NCBI RefSeq assembly: GCF_000143415.4
Contig: NW_003314356.1
Span: 248,001 to 312,000 of the forward strand
From: Selaginella moellendorffii
Taxonomy: Eukaryota > Plantae > Lycopodiophyta
Reading direction: 5' to 3'
Length of the DNA: 64,000 bases
The notes below the pieces were generated by a model that was not told the DNA's origin, searched no databases, and worked only from the letters and a program-made list of their open reading frames with translations. Below, piece after piece: positions 62,916-64,000 of this stretch. A program made the position numbers and the translations under genes. Within the stretch, counting starts at the first letter, position 1. Each line of letters begins with the position of its first letter.

Positions 62916-62962
62916 CTGTCAAGAAGTGTTAGTGTCACCAAACTTGACTTAATACCCCATAC
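62916..62962 (-). other. Putative 47-nt GT-AG intron in the integrase
   Basis: ACAG|GTATGG...CACTAAC..TTCTTGACAG|ACGGA; removal restores HPQTDGQTERVN. Confidence 0.85.
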
Positions 62963-63410
62963 CTGTCTGTGGGTGATAGGCTGTACTGAATTTCAACTTG
63001 AAGCTCTATTTCGTTAAAGTGGGAATTGTCATTATCCCACTTGTAAAATAAGGTTTCCAAACCTTTATATAGTATATAAATATAACAAAATTTAACTGCA
63101 TTGAGGCACATACCATTTTATTTTAAACAAGGAAATGTCTACTCAATCACTTCTCCTCCCCCTGCCACTGCTTCACCTCTCTCTTCTCCTTGTCATCGTC
63201 GTCCAATTTCTTTCCATCCTTTTAATATTGGCTCAGTTGCTCCGAGTCTAGGTGGAGCCCAAGTCCCCATTCAATCTTTACTTTCCCCTTATTAATAAAA
63301 CAACTTCGTAGACTTCCAATAACATGCTGTAACACTTCTAGTATAATGCAAATCCTCTCAAAGAATTGTCTTTTAATATTAATACAATGGCATGGAACCC
63401 CATGCCATAA

Positions 63411-63492
63411 TAAGTTACATTTTTAAATAAATACATGCCATCTCAGACTGTTAAGTTACATTTTTAAATAAATACATGCCATCTCAGACTGT
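63411..63492. repeat. 41-bp perfect tandem duplication
   Basis: TAAGTTACATTTTTAAATAAATACATGCCATCTCAGACTGT x2. Confidence 0.9.
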
Positions 63493-63999
63493 TATTTTTT
63501 TCCTCCAACGCTTATACAATAATCTTGGAATTTCATCACTCTCCACACTATCAGGATTTAAACCCAATAGTAATGCCATCTCTTCTCTAATACGTCCACG
63601 CTCATGTTCAGTGGTCAAAGAACCCATCCGGTTGAGCAGATTATGGAGATGCGGATAGTGCTTGGCTAGACAATATACATGCCATAAATGATGACTGGTG
63701 TCTGTCCGATCAAATGGCTTCTGATATACCGTTCCATCTGCCATTTGGTTGATTTCTGCAGCCACCTCCTGGACTGGCCGGTTCTCTATCACCATCGCTC
63801 CAAGCCATTTTGCAAGGTCCCCCAGAACATACGGTTTCTTCTCCCTAGTTTCCATATTGCAAGAGATGGGGTGCACTGCATATGTGTGCGTGTTCGCTGC
63901 AGTTTTAATCGGCGAGTCATCGATGATGAGGATTTCACTTGACCTAGCAGTCCGGTTCATCACTACAGCCTCTGGCTTGACGAAGATGGGCTTGCTACC
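63484..63999 (-). CDS. C-terminal part of an FCP1/NIF-like HAD phosphatase-domain protein (5' end outside the window)
   Basis: KPIFVK...EILIIDDSPIKTAAN...AVHP...L..WL resembles the C-terminal half of plant FCP1-homology domains; the frame is open to the window edge. Confidence 0.6.
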   Translation of the reverse strand, partial: GSKPIFVKPEAVVMNRTARSSEILIIDDSPIKTAANTHTYAVHPISCNMETREKKPYVLGDLAKWLGAMVIENRPVQEVAAEINQMADGTVYQKPFDRTDTSHHLWHVYCLAKHYPHLHNLLNRMGSLTTEHERGRIREEMALLLGLNPDSVESDEIPRLLYKRWRKKITV

Positions 64000-64000
64000 C

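Larger units (their letters stand above)
62100..63002 (-). pseudogene. Chromovirus integrase 3' half (catalytic E region, GPY/F motif, chromodomain), split by two introns
   Basis: Spliced translation KLKFSTAYHPQT|DGQTERVN...KLTQ|RFAGPY...EEYEVEAIL...FHVKWKGFPHCEATWEPEENL; two C>T-type stops; cut at 63003 by a DNA transposon end. Confidence 0.92.
63003..64000. mobile_element. End of a second DNA transposon of the same TIR family (continues beyond the window)
   Basis: TIR at 63003-63024; subterminal palindrome at 63387-63408. Confidence 0.75.

Overview
Eukaryotic, gene-free nest of transposable elements. It is probably from a non-seed land plant; the ~50-nt GT-AG introns suggest Selaginella, but that is an inference. 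Left to right: (1) the 3' part of a Sola-like (DUF7869-type) DNA transposon ending in a 22-bp terminus at 3812-3833; (2) a decayed non-chromoviral Ty3/gypsy element, interrupted by a young 5'-truncated L1-clade LINE (10065-13656, 18-bp TSD); (3) a 35.6-kb head-to-tail array (14899-50477) of a non-coding, LARD-like LTR element ('family A'), with 1.5-1.8-kb LTRs carrying a variable minisatellite and a 4.1-kb internal region made of closely spaced hairpins; (4) older nested minus-strand family A pieces and two members of a 233-bp-LTR gypsy family ('C'); (5) the 3' end of a chromovirus ('B') that looks like a coding relative of A; (6) a second DNA transposon end with the same 22-bp terminus, followed by an FCP1-like phosphatase ORF. 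The main observations are: two canonical mini-introns inside the chromovirus integrase; a multi-hairpin RNA element with two tandem tRNA-T-loop hairpins that shows compensatory changes between A and B; and a chimeric LTR that captured a LINE 3' end. All comparisons were made by eye; no searches or folding programs were run.
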